In this document: one piece after another, positions 15,722 to 17,373 of the stretch | How positions within the stretch are numbered: position 1 is the stretch's first letter | How the letters are laid out: each line of letters opens with the position of its first letter | Source of the DNA: Gemmatimonadales bacterium | GTDB taxonomy: Bacteria > Gemmatimonadota > Gemmatimonadetes > Gemmatimonadales > GWC2-71-9 | Direction of reading: 5' to 3' | Length of the DNA stretch: 17,373 nucleotides | Assembly (NCBI GenBank): GCA_041577295.1 | Contig: JBFGJG010000068.1 | Coordinates: forward strand, 1 to 17,373 | Translations under genes and position numbers: made by a program | The notes under the pieces: generated by a model | The model's database searches: none | What the model was told of the DNA's origin: nothing | Seen by the model: the letters and a program-made list of their open reading frames with translations, nothing else

Positions 15722-17373
15722 TCAAACAGTTCGCCCGGCTAGATCGAGGATCTCCGATACGGCGCCTCTGAGTCGGTCGAGCTCCACGGGCTTGAGCAGG
15801 ATCCGGCTGGACGGGACGCCAAGATCGGCGCCGAGATGCGAGATGTCGCCCGAAAGAAAGATAGTGCGGCCAGCGAGATCCGGATGGGCGCGGCGCAGGT
15901 ACCGGTACACGTCGACGCCGTCCACATCCGGCATGCGGAGGTCGAGGATGACCAAGTCGAACGTCGTGGTCTTGAGCGCGGCAATGGCGGATCCACCGTC
16001 GGCGATGTGGACGTCTGCCCCGAGCGCACCGAGGTACCGCGCCAGGACCCGACGGATCGGCTCCTCGTCATCCACGACGAGGATCGACAACCCCTCGAGC
16101 GCAGAGTCCGGATCGGGCCCGTGCGTGAAGAGCGTCTCGCCCGGATCGCCCAGGTGGGCCACGGGCAGCTCTATCGTGAAGGAGGCGCCGAACGTGGTGG
16201 CGTCGAGGTGAAGGTCACCACCCACCTCGCGCAGCGCATCACGCGCCACCGCGAGCCCGAGACCCGCTCCGCCTTGCGTGGTGGAAAAGAACGGATTGAA
16301 GATTCGCTCGCGGAGGTCCGGTGGAATACCGGGCCCCGAGTCCGCGATCTGCACCCGGACGCGGTCGCCGTGCACCGTCGTGGCAATGGTAATACGACGC
16401 TCACCGGCGTGCGTTTGGAGCACACGGTGCGCGTTGCCAAGCAGGTTGACGAGCGCTCCGACCAGCTCATCGGGGTCGATGTACACCGGCGGAAGACCTG
16501 CTTGCCGCCGAAGCTCGACCGCAATCCCGTCAACGCGAAACTGAAACCTGACCAGATCGAGCGCGTCGCCCACCGCGGCGTTGGGGTCCACGCGTTCTGG
16601 CCCACCCAGTCGCGGACGCACAAACCGCAGCAGGTCCTGCACGAGCTTCGAGGCCCGTCGGGCCTGGTCGAGCACGTCCTGCCAATCCTCCGGGTGTCCG
16701 TCGGGAGCGACGTTCAACTCGGCGGTTCCGCGGATGGCCTGAAGCGGGTTGTTCAGCTCGTGGGCCACCCCCGCCAGAAGCTCGCCGGCGGTGACCAACT
16801 GCGCGTGGCGTCCGGCCCGACGCCGCAGCGCGTCGGCCATCTCGTTGAAATGCCCGGCGAGCGTGCCAAGCTCATCCGGCGGCCCAGCAGTTACGACCGG
16901 TCGCCGCCAATCCCCCTCAGCAATCCGTCGCACAGCGACGTCGAGCTCGTGCACCGGCTGTAGCACGCGCCGTTGCACGTCGTAGAGGACGACGGCCAGG
17001 AGGGCAACACCGGACACGAGCCACGCGAGCGCCAACCAGAGAAGCCACCACGTGGCCGTGTGCAGCCCCTCCCTGGCCATGATCCCCTGCTCCAAGACGA
17101 GCGCCTGGGCGAGCACGGTCTGTTCGAGCAACCCTCCACGGTCCTGCGCTATCTCTCGGAGCTTGGCCTGGGCTGCGGTGGTGTCGCCGAGCTCAATGAG
17201 AGCGCGCGCCTCGGCGATGCCGATCTCGATCCGGGAAAAGGTCTCTTCGAGGTCCGAGAGGGCCGTGACCGCATGGGGGGCGAGCACCTGCGCGTAACGC
17301 CCAAGGAGGGAGCGCTCAGCGCCTGGGTGCGGCGGGATGAAGTGGTCGTGGACCGGAGTGGGGACGGTAGTGA
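15722..17373 (-). CDS. Hybrid sensor histidine kinase / response regulator (TM-HAMP-HisKA-HATPase-REC); 5' end outside the window
   Basis: HAMP (DELGTLAGHFNEMA), H-box AGVAHELNNPL, N-box NLLGNA, G1 DSGPGI, F-box FNPFFST, G2 GAGLGL; receiver ILVVDDE...LDLRMP...FLSGD...LLKP. The frame has no stop from 17288 to the window end, so the true start lies upstream. Confidence 0.95.
   Translation of the reverse strand, partial: TTVPTPVHDHFIPPHPGAERSLLGRYAQVLAPHAVTALSDLEETFSRIEIGIAEARALIELGDTTAAQAKLREIAQDRGGLLEQTVLAQALVLEQGIMAREGLHTATWWLLWLALAWLVSGVALLAVVLYDVQRRVLQPVHELDVAVRRIAEGDWRRPVVTAGPPDELGTLAGHFNEMADALRRRAGRHAQLVTAGELLAGVAHELNNPLQAIRGTAELNVAPDGHPEDWQDVLDQARRASKLVQDLLRFVRPRLGGPERVDPNAAVGDALDLVRFQFRVDGIAVELRRQAGLPPVYIDPDELVGALVNLLGNAHRVLQTHAGERRITIATTVHGDRVRVQIADSGPGIPPDLRERIFNPFFSTTQGGAGLGLAVARDALREVGGDLHLDATTFGASFTIELPVAHLGDPGETLFTHGPDPDSALEGLSILVVDDEEPIRRVLARYLGALGADVHIADGGSAIAALKTTTFDLVILDLRMPDVDGVDVYRYLRRAHPDLAGRTIFLSGDISHLGADLGVPSSRILLKPVELDRLRGAVSEILDLAGRTV

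Overview
GC-rich bacterial chromosomal window; gene content is consistent with a diderm such as Gemmatimonadota (inference only). Left edge: an M28 Zn-peptidase on the minus strand, missed by the ORF track. Plus-strand run: Tat-exported IorB-type molybdopterin subunit with no adjacent [2Fe-2S] partner, PpaX-like HAD hydrolase, MscS channel, gamma-glutamylcyclotransferase, DUF4097 beta-repeat protein, then a PLP aminotransferase. Converging minus-strand cluster: hybrid histidine kinase (5'-truncated), DUF4956 membrane protein, purple-acid-phosphatase-type lipoprotein, atypical-kinase/Omp85 beta-barrel fusion, and DPP-IV. Two things stand out. (1) The DUF4956 / phosphatase / kinase-Omp85 cluster is a candidate cell-envelope phosphorylation or (poly)phosphate-handling system. 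(2) The ~780-bp gap at 6577-7357 holds a phase-perfect array of about 14 degenerate 21-bp dyad-symmetric units, a perfect 14-bp LacI-operator-like palindrome, and short imperfect inverted repeats at both ends.
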